Below, in pieces: positions 8,438 through 16,121 of a stretch of 35,389 nucleotides of DNA. A program made the translations under genes and the position numbers. This DNA comes from Trueperaceae bacterium (GTDB lineage: Bacteria > Deinococcota > Deinococci > Deinococcales > Trueperaceae). Within the stretch, counting starts at the first letter, position 1. Every line of letters begins with the position of its first letter. The notes below the pieces were generated by a model, which worked only from the letters and a program-made list of their open reading frames with translations, was not told the origin of the DNA and did not search any database. The stretch spans positions 1-35,389 of the forward strand of contig SLSM01000285.1 of the NCBI GenBank assembly GCA_007130445.1, written 5' to 3'.

Positions 8438-10489
8438 TCAGTCGAGCGCGTCGGGGAGCGGGCCGAGGTTGCGCTCGATCACCGCGTCGATGCGAGGGGC
8501 ACGACCCATGAACGCCGCGAAGAGCTCGCCGGGATCGGCGCTGTCGCCGCGCGCCAGCACCGTGTCGACGAACGCGCGCCCGACACCGCGGTCGAAGAGC
8601 CCCTCGTGCTTGAACCGCGAGAACGCGTCGGCGTCGAGGACCTCACTCCATTTGTAGGCGTAATACCCCGATGCGTACGCACCGGACATGATGTGCGTGA
8701 AGGCGCACAAGACGCCCGTCGGGACGAAGCGCTCGGCGATGTCGAAGGGCACCATCACGCTGCGGGCGAACGCGTGCGGGTCAGCACCAGGCGTCGGATC
8801 GAAGTCGACGTGCAGGGCCATGTCGACGCTGGCCAACGCGAGCTGTCGCATCTGCAGCCACGCCTGCATGAAGTGGCGCGACGCGAGCAGCTTGCCGACG
8901 AGCCGAGCCGGGATCGGCTCGTCGCTGTCGACATGGCGCGCGAAGCGCGCCAGCGCCTCCGGCTCGAGCGTCCAGTTCTCCATCACCTGCGAGGGGAGCT
9001 CGATGAAGTCCCACGCCACGGCGCCCATGCCCCGTGCGCGAACCGCGACGTTCGTGACCAACAGATGCAACAGGTGGCCGAACTCGTGGAAGAGCGTCTG
9101 GACCTCCTCGAAGTCGAGGAGGGCGGGCCGACCGTCGTCGCCGGGTGTGAGGTTGCCGCAGACCAGCCCGACGTGCGGGTCGAAACCCCCGTCCGAACGC
9201 GGACCGCCCTCGATGAGATCGTTCATCCAGGCGCCGGAGCGCTTGTCGGCACGGGGGTACCAGTCGGTGTAGAAGGTGCCGACGTGGGTCCCGGTCTCAT
9301 CGCGGACCTCGAAGCACTCCACGTCGTCGTGCCAACGCTCGGGCGCGTCGACCCGCTCGAAGCGCAGCCCGAACAGGTCGGACGCCAACTCGAACATCCC
9401 GGACTGCACGCGCGGCAGCGGGAAGTACGGGCGCAGGCCCTGCTCGTCGAGATCGAAGCGGCGCTCACGCCAGCGCTCGAACGCGAACCGAACGTCCCAC
9501 GGCTCGAGCGTCTCGATCCCCAAGGCGTCGCGTGCGAAGGTCTCGAGCTCCGCGATCTCGCGCTCGACATACGGACGGGTCCGAGTCTCGAGCGTGGCAA
9601 GGAAGGAGCGCACCTGGTCGACGCCGGCCAGCATCCGATCCTCGAGCGCCAGCGCGGCGTAGTCGGAATAGCCGAGGCGCGCGGCCACATCTCGCCGCAG
9701 ACGGAGGATGTCGCCGACGATCGCACGGTTGTCGTGTGGTCCACCCTCGGCTCGGCCGTTGTACGCGCGCCAGAGCCGCTCACGGAGGTCGCGGCGACGG
9801 GCGTGACGCAGGAACGGCACGAACGAGGGGGCCTGGAGCGTCACGCGCCAACCGTCTCGCCCGGCCGCTCGCGCCCGCTCGCGCGCCTGCTCCACGACCG
9901 ACGGCGGCAACCCCTCGAGGTCGCTGACATCGTCGAGATCGAGCGCGAACGCGTTCGTGGCGTCGAGCACGTGTTCGGTGAAGAGGGTCCCGAGCCGCGC
10001 CAGCTCGACGTGCAGCTCAGCGATGCGCTCCCGCTCGGCCTCGGGAAGGCCGGCGCCGGCGCGTCGCAGACGCTCGAGCGTCTTGACGAGATGACGGCGC
10101 TGCAACGGTTCGAGCGAGTCGACGTCACCTCGGGCGGCGACGTCGTCCAGCGCGCGGTATAGGCGCGGATCGACCTCGAGGCGTGCCCGGAAGGTTTTGA
10201 AGCGCGGTTGGACGCGGGCGAACGCGCCGCGCAACTCGGGGCTCGAGCGAACGCTGGTGAGGTGATACGCGTACCCGTACACGCGGTCGACCCGCTCGAG
10301 GAGGGCGTCGAGCACATCGACCGTGTCGGCGTAGCTGCGTGCGCCCTCCCGAGCGAGGAGCTGCTCGAGCGCGGTCTCGGCCTCGGCGACGGCAGCCTCG
10401 ACACCTGTCTCGACGTCCTGTGCGGAAACGGAGCGAAAGTCGATGCGCTGCGCACGAGAGCGCAGCGGATTGGTGTCGTGCTCGGGCAT
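8438..10489 (-). CDS. M3 family zinc oligopeptidase (oligopeptidase A / peptidyl-dipeptidase Dcp-like)
   Basis: HExxH in TLFHEFGHLLHLL, downstream ...FIELPSQVMENW... and C-terminal ...GYYAYKWSEVLDADAF..., typical of M3 peptidases. ATG 10489 is preceded by GGAGG at an 8-nt spacer. The track start 10516 is a GTG 27 nt upstream. Confidence 0.85.
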   Translation of the reverse strand: MPEHDTNPLRSRAQRIDFRSVSAQDVETGVEAAVAEAETALEQLLAREGARSYADTVDVLDALLERVDRVYGYAYHLTSVRSSPELRGAFARVQPRFKTFRARLEVDPRLYRALDDVAARGDVDSLEPLQRRHLVKTLERLRRAGAGLPEAERERIAELHVELARLGTLFTEHVLDATNAFALDLDDVSDLEGLPPSVVEQARERARAAGRDGWRVTLQAPSFVPFLRHARRRDLRERLWRAYNGRAEGGPHDNRAIVGDILRLRRDVAARLGYSDYAALALEDRMLAGVDQVRSFLATLETRTRPYVEREIAELETFARDALGIETLEPWDVRFAFERWRERRFDLDEQGLRPYFPLPRVQSGMFELASDLFGLRFERVDAPERWHDDVECFEVRDETGTHVGTFYTDWYPRADKRSGAWMNDLIEGGPRSDGGFDPHVGLVCGNLTPGDDGRPALLDFEEVQTLFHEFGHLLHLLVTNVAVRARGMGAVAWDFIELPSQVMENWTLEPEALARFARHVDSDEPIPARLVGKLLASRHFMQAWLQMRQLALASVDMALHVDFDPTPGADPHAFARSVMVPFDIAERFVPTGVLCAFTHIMSGAYASGYYAYKWSEVLDADAFSRFKHEGLFDRGVGRAFVDTVLARGDSADPGELFAAFMGRAPRIDAVIERNLGPLPDALD

Positions 10490-10532
10490 ATCTCGGCCTC
10501 CGGGGGCTGCTGACACGGTGGCGTGGGCCGCC

Positions 10533-10553
10533 GCTCGGCCGCTCAGGCCGAGC
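10533..10553 (-). other. 8-bp G+C-rich hairpin GCTCGGCC-TGAGC-GGCCGAGC with the EAL-gene stop codon in its loop
   Basis: Perfect inverted repeat. TGA (10545-10543) is the first three loop nucleotides. It lies 53 nt upstream of the M3 peptidase ATG and has no U-tract. Confidence 0.3.
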
Positions 10554-12792
10554 GCTGGAGCGGCGGGCGCGCCACGGCGATGGTTCCGCGCAACAGCGTG
10601 CCGCGCATCACGCTCGATACGAGGTCGGGAGGGACGGCGTGGCTGAACAGGAAGCCCTGCCCCTCGTCGACCGACATGGACTCGACCCGTGAGCGCTGCG
10701 CGGTGGTCTCGATGCCCTCTGCGACGACGGTGAGACCGAGACCGTGACCGATGGCGACCATCGCCCGCAGGAGCTCGACGTCGCTGGACGATGCACCGTC
10801 CCCGACGAGGGCGACGAACGACTTGTCGATCTTGAGCACGTCGAGTGGCAGCGCGCGCAGTTGCATCAGATCCAGCGAGGCGGCTCCGAAGTCGTCCAGC
10901 GAGACCGTGACACCGTGCCGACGAACGGCCGCGAGCTGATCGACGCCGCGCTCGAGGGCTCGGGCGCCCGTCTCCTCGTGGAGTTCGAGCTCGAGCAGGC
11001 CCGGGTGGAGCTGGTAGCGCTCGAGCGCCGAGCGCACGAGCTTGCCGAAGTCGCGTCGCTCGAGGATCTCCGGTCCCACGTTGATCGAGACGCGCCGCGA
11101 CGCGCCTTCCTCACGCCATCGTGCCGCCTGGGCGACCGCTCGCTCCAAGACCCACTCGAACAGCGTGTCTCCGAGTTGTGCGCGGAACAGGCCGGGCAAG
11201 AACTCGTGGGGCAGCAGCAAGCCACGCTCCGGGTGACGCCACCGCACGAGCGCCTCGACAGCGGCAGCGTGGCCGTTGGCGAGGTGGACCCTCGGTTGGT
11301 AGTGGAGCACGAACTCGTCTTCGGCGAAGGCCCTGCGCAGGTCGCGTTCGAGGGCGAGCCGGTCGCATGCCACGCGGTCGAGCGCGGCATCGGCGAACGC
11401 GAAGCGCGAGCCCCCTTCGCTGCGCGCGCGCTCCAGCGCGTGTTCGGCCCGTTCGCGCAGCGCCTCGACGGTGTGCCCGTCGGCCGGTGCCATGGCGACG
11501 CCGGCGCTCGCCGAGAGCTCGACGCGCAGCGTGCCGTCCTCGAACGGGCGTGACACCCAGGCGAGGAGCTTGTCGACCACCGGCACGGCGGCATCGGCGT
11601 CGGCCAGGTCGGGAAGCACGACGGCGAAGACGCCGGACCGGATCACCGCCAGCGTGTCGGAACGGCGCAAGGCACGCTGCATGCGCCGCGCGGCCTCTTG
11701 CACGAGGCGCTCTCCCCGCCGCGCATCCATCGTGCGGTGCACGAAGTCGAAGTTGTCGAGCTCGAGCACGACGAGTCCGGCGAGGCCACCGTTGCGGCGG
11801 GCGTGCCGAACCACCTGGTCCAGGCGATCGTCGAGGACGCGTGCGGTCGGCAGTCCGGTGAGCGCGTCCACCTCGCGGATGCTGCGGTCCTGCGAGCGTT
11901 CGCCGGTCACGTCCCGGACCACGCCGTGGACGGCCACCAAGCCCGCCTCTTCGGCGACCCAGGAGACCGCCGTGAAGTCCTCGACCCAGCGCACGCGGCC
12001 GTCGGCGGTGAGCATGCGATAACGCTCGCGGCGCGAGCCACGCTCTTCGCGAAGCGTCTTGAGCCGGCTCCGCGCCGCTTCACGGTCTTCCGGAGCCACG
12101 AGATCGACGAGCTCACGGCCTTGGATCGCGCTCGGAGCATGGCCGAGCACGGCGCTCACGCCGTCGTGAGCCCAGGCGATACGGGTACCGCCGGCGACGT
12201 CCAGGAGCGCCCCGTAACTGAAGAAGGCGCCGTCGCCCACGAGGCTCGATGCCAGTTGGCGCGCGACGTCGTGCGCACTGCGCGCGTGCACCAGTTCGCT
12301 CACGTCGCGCTGTACGACCACGACGTGGGCGACCCGACCGCGAACGTCTTTCACGGGGTAGTGCCGTTGCTCGTTCCAGAAGAGGCTGCCGTCGCGGCGG
12401 TAGCAGCGCACCAGTCCGGTCGCTGCACGCCCGTCGCGCACGGCGTCACGCACGGCGCGAACCTCGTCTTGGTCGGTGTCGTCGCGCATCAGGAAGCCGA
12501 GATCGCGGCCGAGGGACTCTTCGCGCTCGAAGCCCGTGAGCGCAAGGAAGCCGTCGCTGACGTAGACGATGGGTTGCCCGATGCGTCGCAGATCGCTGAC
12601 GCTGTAACGCTCCCCGGCCAAGACGCCCTCGAGCACGTTCAGTAGTTCGTCGCCGACGTCATCTGGGAAGCCCGAGAGCACGCGCTCTCGCGCGTCTTTC
12701 AGGCGACGTTCCGCGATGGCTTCGGTGGTGGGGTGTGGTTCGTCCATGGGATCCGTCGGCGCGTTGGGCGGGCGGGCGCGCTGGCGACACAT
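10543..12792 (-). CDS. Signalling protein: LOV-like PAS - PAS - degenerate GGDEF - EAL (c-di-GMP phosphodiesterase-type)
   Basis: EAL-domain motifs VEALVRW, SINV, ELELHEE, DDFG, KIDKSF, AEGIET and GQGFLFS. The GGDEF position reads RSGVF. The N-terminal PAS is LOV-like. ATG 12792 has GGAGGAG 8 nt upstream, and ATG 12747 is an alternative. Codons upstream of 12792 are rich in A/T third positions, so the 13050 start is rejected. Confidence 0.85.
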   Translation of the reverse strand: MCRQRARPPNAPTDPMDEPHPTTEAIAERRLKDARERVLSGFPDDVGDELLNVLEGVLAGERYSVSDLRRIGQPIVYVSDGFLALTGFEREESLGRDLGFLMRDDTDQDEVRAVRDAVRDGRAATGLVRCYRRDGSLFWNEQRHYPVKDVRGRVAHVVVVQRDVSELVHARSAHDVARQLASSLVGDGAFFSYGALLDVAGGTRIAWAHDGVSAVLGHAPSAIQGRELVDLVAPEDREAARSRLKTLREERGSRRERYRMLTADGRVRWVEDFTAVSWVAEEAGLVAVHGVVRDVTGERSQDRSIREVDALTGLPTARVLDDRLDQVVRHARRNGGLAGLVVLELDNFDFVHRTMDARRGERLVQEAARRMQRALRRSDTLAVIRSGVFAVVLPDLADADAAVPVVDKLLAWVSRPFEDGTLRVELSASAGVAMAPADGHTVEALRERAEHALERARSEGGSRFAFADAALDRVACDRLALERDLRRAFAEDEFVLHYQPRVHLANGHAAAVEALVRWRHPERGLLLPHEFLPGLFRAQLGDTLFEWVLERAVAQAARWREEGASRRVSINVGPEILERRDFGKLVRSALERYQLHPGLLELELHEETGARALERGVDQLAAVRRHGVTVSLDDFGAASLDLMQLRALPLDVLKIDKSFVALVGDGASSSDVELLRAMVAIGHGLGLTVVAEGIETTAQRSRVESMSVDEGQGFLFSHAVPPDLVSSVMRGTLLRGTIAVARPPLQRSA
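12295..12627 (-). other. LOV-derived PAS domain lacking the adduct-forming cysteine
   Basis: QPIVYVSDGFLALTGFEREESLGRDLGFLMRDDTDQDEVRAVRDAVRDGRAATGLVRCYRRDGSLFWNEQRHYPVKD...VVVVQRDVSE aligns by eye to YtvA/phototropin LOV (NPIVYVNQGF..TGY..EEILGKNCRFLQG..TD...V..IR.A......V.....Y.KDG..FWNE....P......Y..G.Q.D). GRNCRFLQ is replaced by GRDLGFLM at 12487-12507. Confidence 0.7.
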
Positions 12793-12887
12793 CGCCAGGG
12801 CTCCTCCATCGAGCGCGCTCCGTGTCCCGCGGGCCTCCCAACCCGGACGGTACCGATCGCGCTCACTCCCACGCTCTTCCGACAGCG

Positions 12888-12896
12888 AACGTATCA
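12888..12896 (-). promoter_or_regulatory. Extended -10-like TGaTACGTT, candidate promoter of the LOV-like GGDEF-EAL gene (leader of about 90 nt)
   Basis: Reverse complement of aacgtatca. It is the only TGnTANNNT on this strand in the intergenic region. Confidence 0.25.
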
Positions 12897-13041
12897 CGGC
12901 GAGCACGGCGGTGTCGGTGGCAAACGTCGCACTGGGACGCGAACCGGACGCCGTTATGACGGTTCTGTCAGCATGTCGCCGCGGTCGCGGCTCGATACCC
13001 TCCCGTGGTATACAGGACGACGGGCCCAGGCGCTCGCCCTC

Positions 13042-13050
13042 TGCTAGCAT
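13042..13050 (+). promoter_or_regulatory. Extended -10-like TGcTAGCAT, candidate trxB promoter (short SD-containing leader)
   Basis: Lies 27 nt upstream of ATG 13077, with SD GAAGGAG in between. Confidence 0.4.
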
Positions 13051-13076
13051 GCGGTCCGTCGAAGGAGTCTCCCCTC

Positions 13077-14045
13077 ATGCCACATGCAACCCACCACACC
13101 GACATCGTCATCATCGGCGGCGGCCCCGCAGGTCTCACCGCGGCGATCTACACCGGTCGCGGCCAGCTCGACACCGTCGTCCTGGAGAAGGGCCTGCCTG
13201 GTGGGCAGATCGCCCAGACGGAAGAGGTCGAGAACTACCCGGGCTTCGACGAGGCCGTGAGCGGCCCCGAACTGGCGCAACGCATGCAGCGCCAGGCCGA
13301 GAAGTTCGGCGCGCGGATCGTCATGGACGACGTCCACGAGGTCCGACGCGAAGGCGACGGCTTCCTCGTGCGCGGCCTCGAGGCCGATTACGTCGCGAAG
13401 GCGGTGATCGTCGCCACCGGCGCCACGCCGCGCCGGCTCGGCGTGCCCGGCGAGGACGAGTTCTACGGTCGCGGCGTGTCGACGTGCGCGACCTGCGACG
13501 GCTTCTTCTACCGCGGCAAGCACGTGGTCGTCGTCGGTGGTGGCGATGCGGCCGTCGAAGAGGGTGGCTTCCTGACCAAGTTCGCCGACACCGTCACCGT
13601 CGTGCATCGACGCGACGAGTTGCGAGCGAACAAGGTCGCCCAACAGCGGGCCTTCGCGAACCCGAAGATGCGCTTCGTCTGGAACACCGTCGTCGAAGAG
13701 GTCCTCGGCGACGACGGTCAGGTGACCGGCGTACGCACGCGCGACGTCGTCACGGGCGACACCGCGGTCCTTCCCGCCGACGGGGTCTTCATCTACGTCG
13801 GACACGTACCCAACACGAGCTACCTCGCGGGCGTGGTGACGCTGCGGCCCTCTGGGTACGTCGAGGTCCGCGACGAGATCTACACCGACGTCGAGGGCAT
13901 CTTCGCTGCGGGCGACGTCAGCGACGAGGTCTATCGCCAGCTCTCCACCAGCGTCGGTGCCGGCACGCGCGCTGCGATGGCCGCCGAGCGGTGGCTGGCC
14001 GCGCGCGAGGCGCCCATGGCAGCGCCCGTCGAGGCCGTCGCCTGA
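13077..14045 (+). CDS. trxB: Thioredoxin-disulfide reductase
   Basis: [17 protein letters not shown] fold, redox-active [21 protein letters not shown] fold and HRRDELRA. Strong SD GAAGGAG at 13061-13067 lies 9 nt before ATG 13077. Confidence 0.93.
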   Translation: MPHATHHTDIVIIGGGPAGLTAAIYTGRGQLDTVVLEKGLPGGQIAQTEEVENYPGFDEAVSGPELAQRMQRQAEKFGARIVMDDVHEVRREGDGFLVRGLEADYVAKAVIVATGATPRRLGVPGEDEFYGRGVSTCATCDGFFYRGKHVVVVGGGDAAVEEGGFLTKFADTVTVVHRRDELRANKVAQQRAFANPKMRFVWNTVVEEVLGDDGQVTGVRTRDVVTGDTAVLPADGVFIYVGHVPNTSYLAGVVTLRPSGYVEVRDEIYTDVEGIFAAGDVSDEVYRQLSTSVGAGTRAAMAAERWLAAREAPMAAPVEAVA

Positions 14046-14063
14046 CGCCGCGGGCGTGTCGTC

Positions 14064-15344
14064 TCAGCGAACCACGAAGTCGTAGAGCAGGAGCTTCTCG
14101 CCGTCCCACGCGAGGACGAAGCGGCCGTCGCTCCACAGTGGCGTCCCCACACCCGCGCGCCAGGTGGCGCCATCGGCGAGCGTGATGCGGACGAAGCCGC
14201 CATCGGCCGTGACCGTCCAGGTGGAGCCGCCGAGGACCTGGTCGGTGCTCGGCGCTTCGCGCCGCACGCGCTCCGCGGGCCAGCTCGGCATCTCCTCGAG
14301 CGGCGCGGCGATCAACGTCTCGGGCCCGAGCGTCCGCATTCCGGCCGCGGGGTCGCCCAGCCCGACGACTCGGCCGGCGTCGCGGGCACTCGGATCGGCG
14401 AGGTCGAGCACGACGAGCGCGGGCGGTAGCGCACCGCCCGGGAGGTACGAGAGGGCATCGACGGCCTCGTCGGTCAGAGCGAGCTCACGCGAGACGATCG
14501 CGACGAGCGAAGCCCGGAACGCCACGCGCACCTCGTCCGAATCGTCGTCCCACGAGGGCGGCCACAGCCAGCGGTCGCGCAGGAGCAACAGGCCGGCCTC
14601 GCCTTCGTCCTGGTGTGGATCGGCGAGCCACTCGCCGAGGCCGCCCATGGCCTCGGCCGCTTCCTCGGCAGCGGCGGCGACATCGGCACTGGCCACCGGT
14701 TCGGCTCCCGCGGCGCCGTCGTCGACCGGAGCGGCGGCCGCATCGTCCGCGGGTTCGCCCACCTCGTCGTCGTCCGGCGCGACGGTCAGGTCGACGATCG
14801 GGACGTCGAACTCCGGCGGCTGGGTCGGCTCGGGCAAGACGGCGAGGGGCACGGCCGCCCACGCCTCGAAGCGCCGCTCGACACCGTCCTGGAAAACGAG
14901 GTAGAGCGCCTGCCTCAGCGGATCGACGCTCTGGATCCGAAGCGCCAGGCCACCCGGCCAGGGCGACACGCGCACCTCCTGCGCGTCCCAGGACTGCTGC
15001 CAGAGCAGGCGCGGGGCCAAGGGCATGATGCCCTGCGGGATCGCCTCGGCCAGCGCCGGCACCGGCCGCGAACCCCCCACCTCGGGCATCGACTCCGCGT
15101 ACCGCAGCGCAGCGCCACGGTTCGCGAACGCCCCGACACGCACACGGAACACGTCACCCTGGGCTCCCGTCGAGCGCACCACGTAGGCCGGGTACCCGTC
15201 ACGCAGCAGGTCGCGCGAGATCGACAACGCCGAGGCCTGATCGGAGACCGCGATCACCTGGACGGTGTACGAGATGGCCAGCGCAGCACCGAGCGAGGCT
15301 GCAGCCACGCACGCGATCACGGCCCTGCGCAGCGCCGACACCAC
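14064..15344 (-). CDS. Membrane-anchored SPOR-domain protein with a long uncharacterised C-terminal region
   Basis: N-terminal anchor AVIACVAAASLGAALA is followed by a SPOR-like segment YTVQVIAVSDQASALSISRDLLRDGYPAYVVRSTGAQGDVFRVRVGAFANRGAALRYAESM. Then come an acidic Ala/Asp/Glu-rich linker and about 200 aa without a recognisable motif. GTG start lies 3 nt after the permease stop. Confidence 0.7.
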   Translation of the reverse strand: MVSALRRAVIACVAAASLGAALAISYTVQVIAVSDQASALSISRDLLRDGYPAYVVRSTGAQGDVFRVRVGAFANRGAALRYAESMPEVGGSRPVPALAEAIPQGIMPLAPRLLWQQSWDAQEVRVSPWPGGLALRIQSVDPLRQALYLVFQDGVERRFEAWAAVPLAVLPEPTQPPEFDVPIVDLTVAPDDDEVGEPADDAAAAPVDDGAAGAEPVASADVAAAAEEAAEAMGGLGEWLADPHQDEGEAGLLLLRDRWLWPPSWDDDSDEVRVAFRASLVAIVSRELALTDEAVDALSYLPGGALPPALVVLDLADPSARDAGRVVGLGDPAAGMRTLGPETLIAAPLEEMPSWPAERVRREAPSTDQVLGGSTWTVTADGGFVRITLADGATWRAGVGTPLWSDGRFVLAWDGEKLLLYDFVVR

Positions 15345-15347
15345 GGT

Positions 15348-16121
15348 TCAGAAGTCCTTGCGCTCGAAGACGATCACGGCCGCTGCCGCGAACGCAGCGC
15401 AGTAGAACGCGATGAGCGTGGCCACCCACCCGAGCGGCGAGGCGGGCGCGACGTAGGCGCTCAGCTGCGTGGTCAAGAGGTAGGGGGTCACGGCCGGGAA
15501 GACGATCAGGAGTTGCATGACGATGAGCGTGGCGAGCGTCGCCAAGGCGCCCCCGGCTGCGTTCATCAAGACGACCGCGAACAGCACGGCCAGCAGGCCG
15601 ATCGGCATGAGGCTGTAGGCGGCGATGAGGTACGCCTGCAAGACCTCGCGCCAAGCGTCGATCGGGAGCATCGTCCCGGCTCCGAGCAAGCCCTGCCGGC
15701 CCAACCCGGTGCCCCCGACGAAGGGGCCGTACCCGAATGCCGCGCCCGCGACCAACGACGTGAGCAAGAAGAAGCCCATGGCCAGGAACGGGTAGATGGA
15801 CGCGACCAGCAGCTTCGCCAACAGCCACTGCGCCCGCGTGACGGGTCGCAGGAGCACGGTCGGCAGCGTGCCGTGGTTGAGCTCGATGCCGATCAGCTCC
15901 GCACATGCGATCGCGATCAAGAGCGGCAACAGGAACTCCATCGACGACAGCAGCGCGAGCGCCGGGACCTGGAAGCCCGACACGAGGAAGAAACCGTAGA
16001 CGTCGAAGATGCCCGGCGCGTACGCCCACAACAACGGGAAGATCACCAGCACGACGGCGCTGAAGCGCACGCTGGCGAGGCGCCCGAGCTTGCCGATCTC
16101 CATGCGCAGGAGGGCGGTCAC
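15348..16121 (-). CDS. ABC-2 type transporter permease
   Basis: Six hydrophobic segments. Likely GTG start at 16121 forms a GTGA overlap with the stop of the upstream ATPase (16118-16120). ATG 16103 (MEIGKLGRL...) is an alternative. The longer track ORF (to 16337) would overlap the ATPase by about 220 nt. Confidence 0.75.
   Translation of the reverse strand: MTALLRMEIGKLGRLASVRFSAVVLVIFPLLWAYAPGIFDVYGFFLVSGFQVPALALLSSMEFLLPLLIAIACAELIGIELNHGTLPTVLLRPVTRAQWLLAKLLVASIYPFLAMGFFLLTSLVAGAAFGYGPFVGGTGLGRQGLLGAGTMLPIDAWREVLQAYLIAAYSLMPIGLLAVLFAVVLMNAAGGALATLATLIVMQLLIVFPAVTPYLLTTQLSAYVAPASPLGWVATLIAFYCAAFAAAAVIVFERKDF

Noticed and set aside
12918-12965. GGCAAAC...GGGACGCGAACCGG on the plus strand, which resembles the GGCAAA / GGACGCAAAGCC core of the c-di-GMP-I (GEMM-I) riboswitch and lies next to a c-di-GMP gene
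   Set aside because: The intervening segment cannot form the P1b hairpin with a GNRA loop. The tetraloop-receptor helix is not evident. The orientation points toward trxB rather than the GGDEF-EAL gene. It is probably a chance similarity, and an Rfam covariance scan would settle it.
12793-13050. N-terminal extension of the GGDEF-EAL ORF to ATG 13050, and similar extensions at 3454-3558, 16122-16337, 18606-18896, 19184-19351, 23542-23850, 25458-25718 and 30606-30950
   Set aside because: The extensions overlap neighbouring genes or promoters. They have A/T-rich third codon positions or Arg/Pro-rich composition. They precede better-supported starts that have an SD, a -10 box, a start/stop overlap or a family-typical N-terminus.
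14043-14066. Imperfect inverted repeat between the convergent trxB and SPOR-gene stops, considered as a bidirectional terminator
   Set aside because: It has only a 5-bp perfect stem (ACGCC/GGCGT) with a 3-nt loop and no flanking T or A tracts, which is too weak to call.
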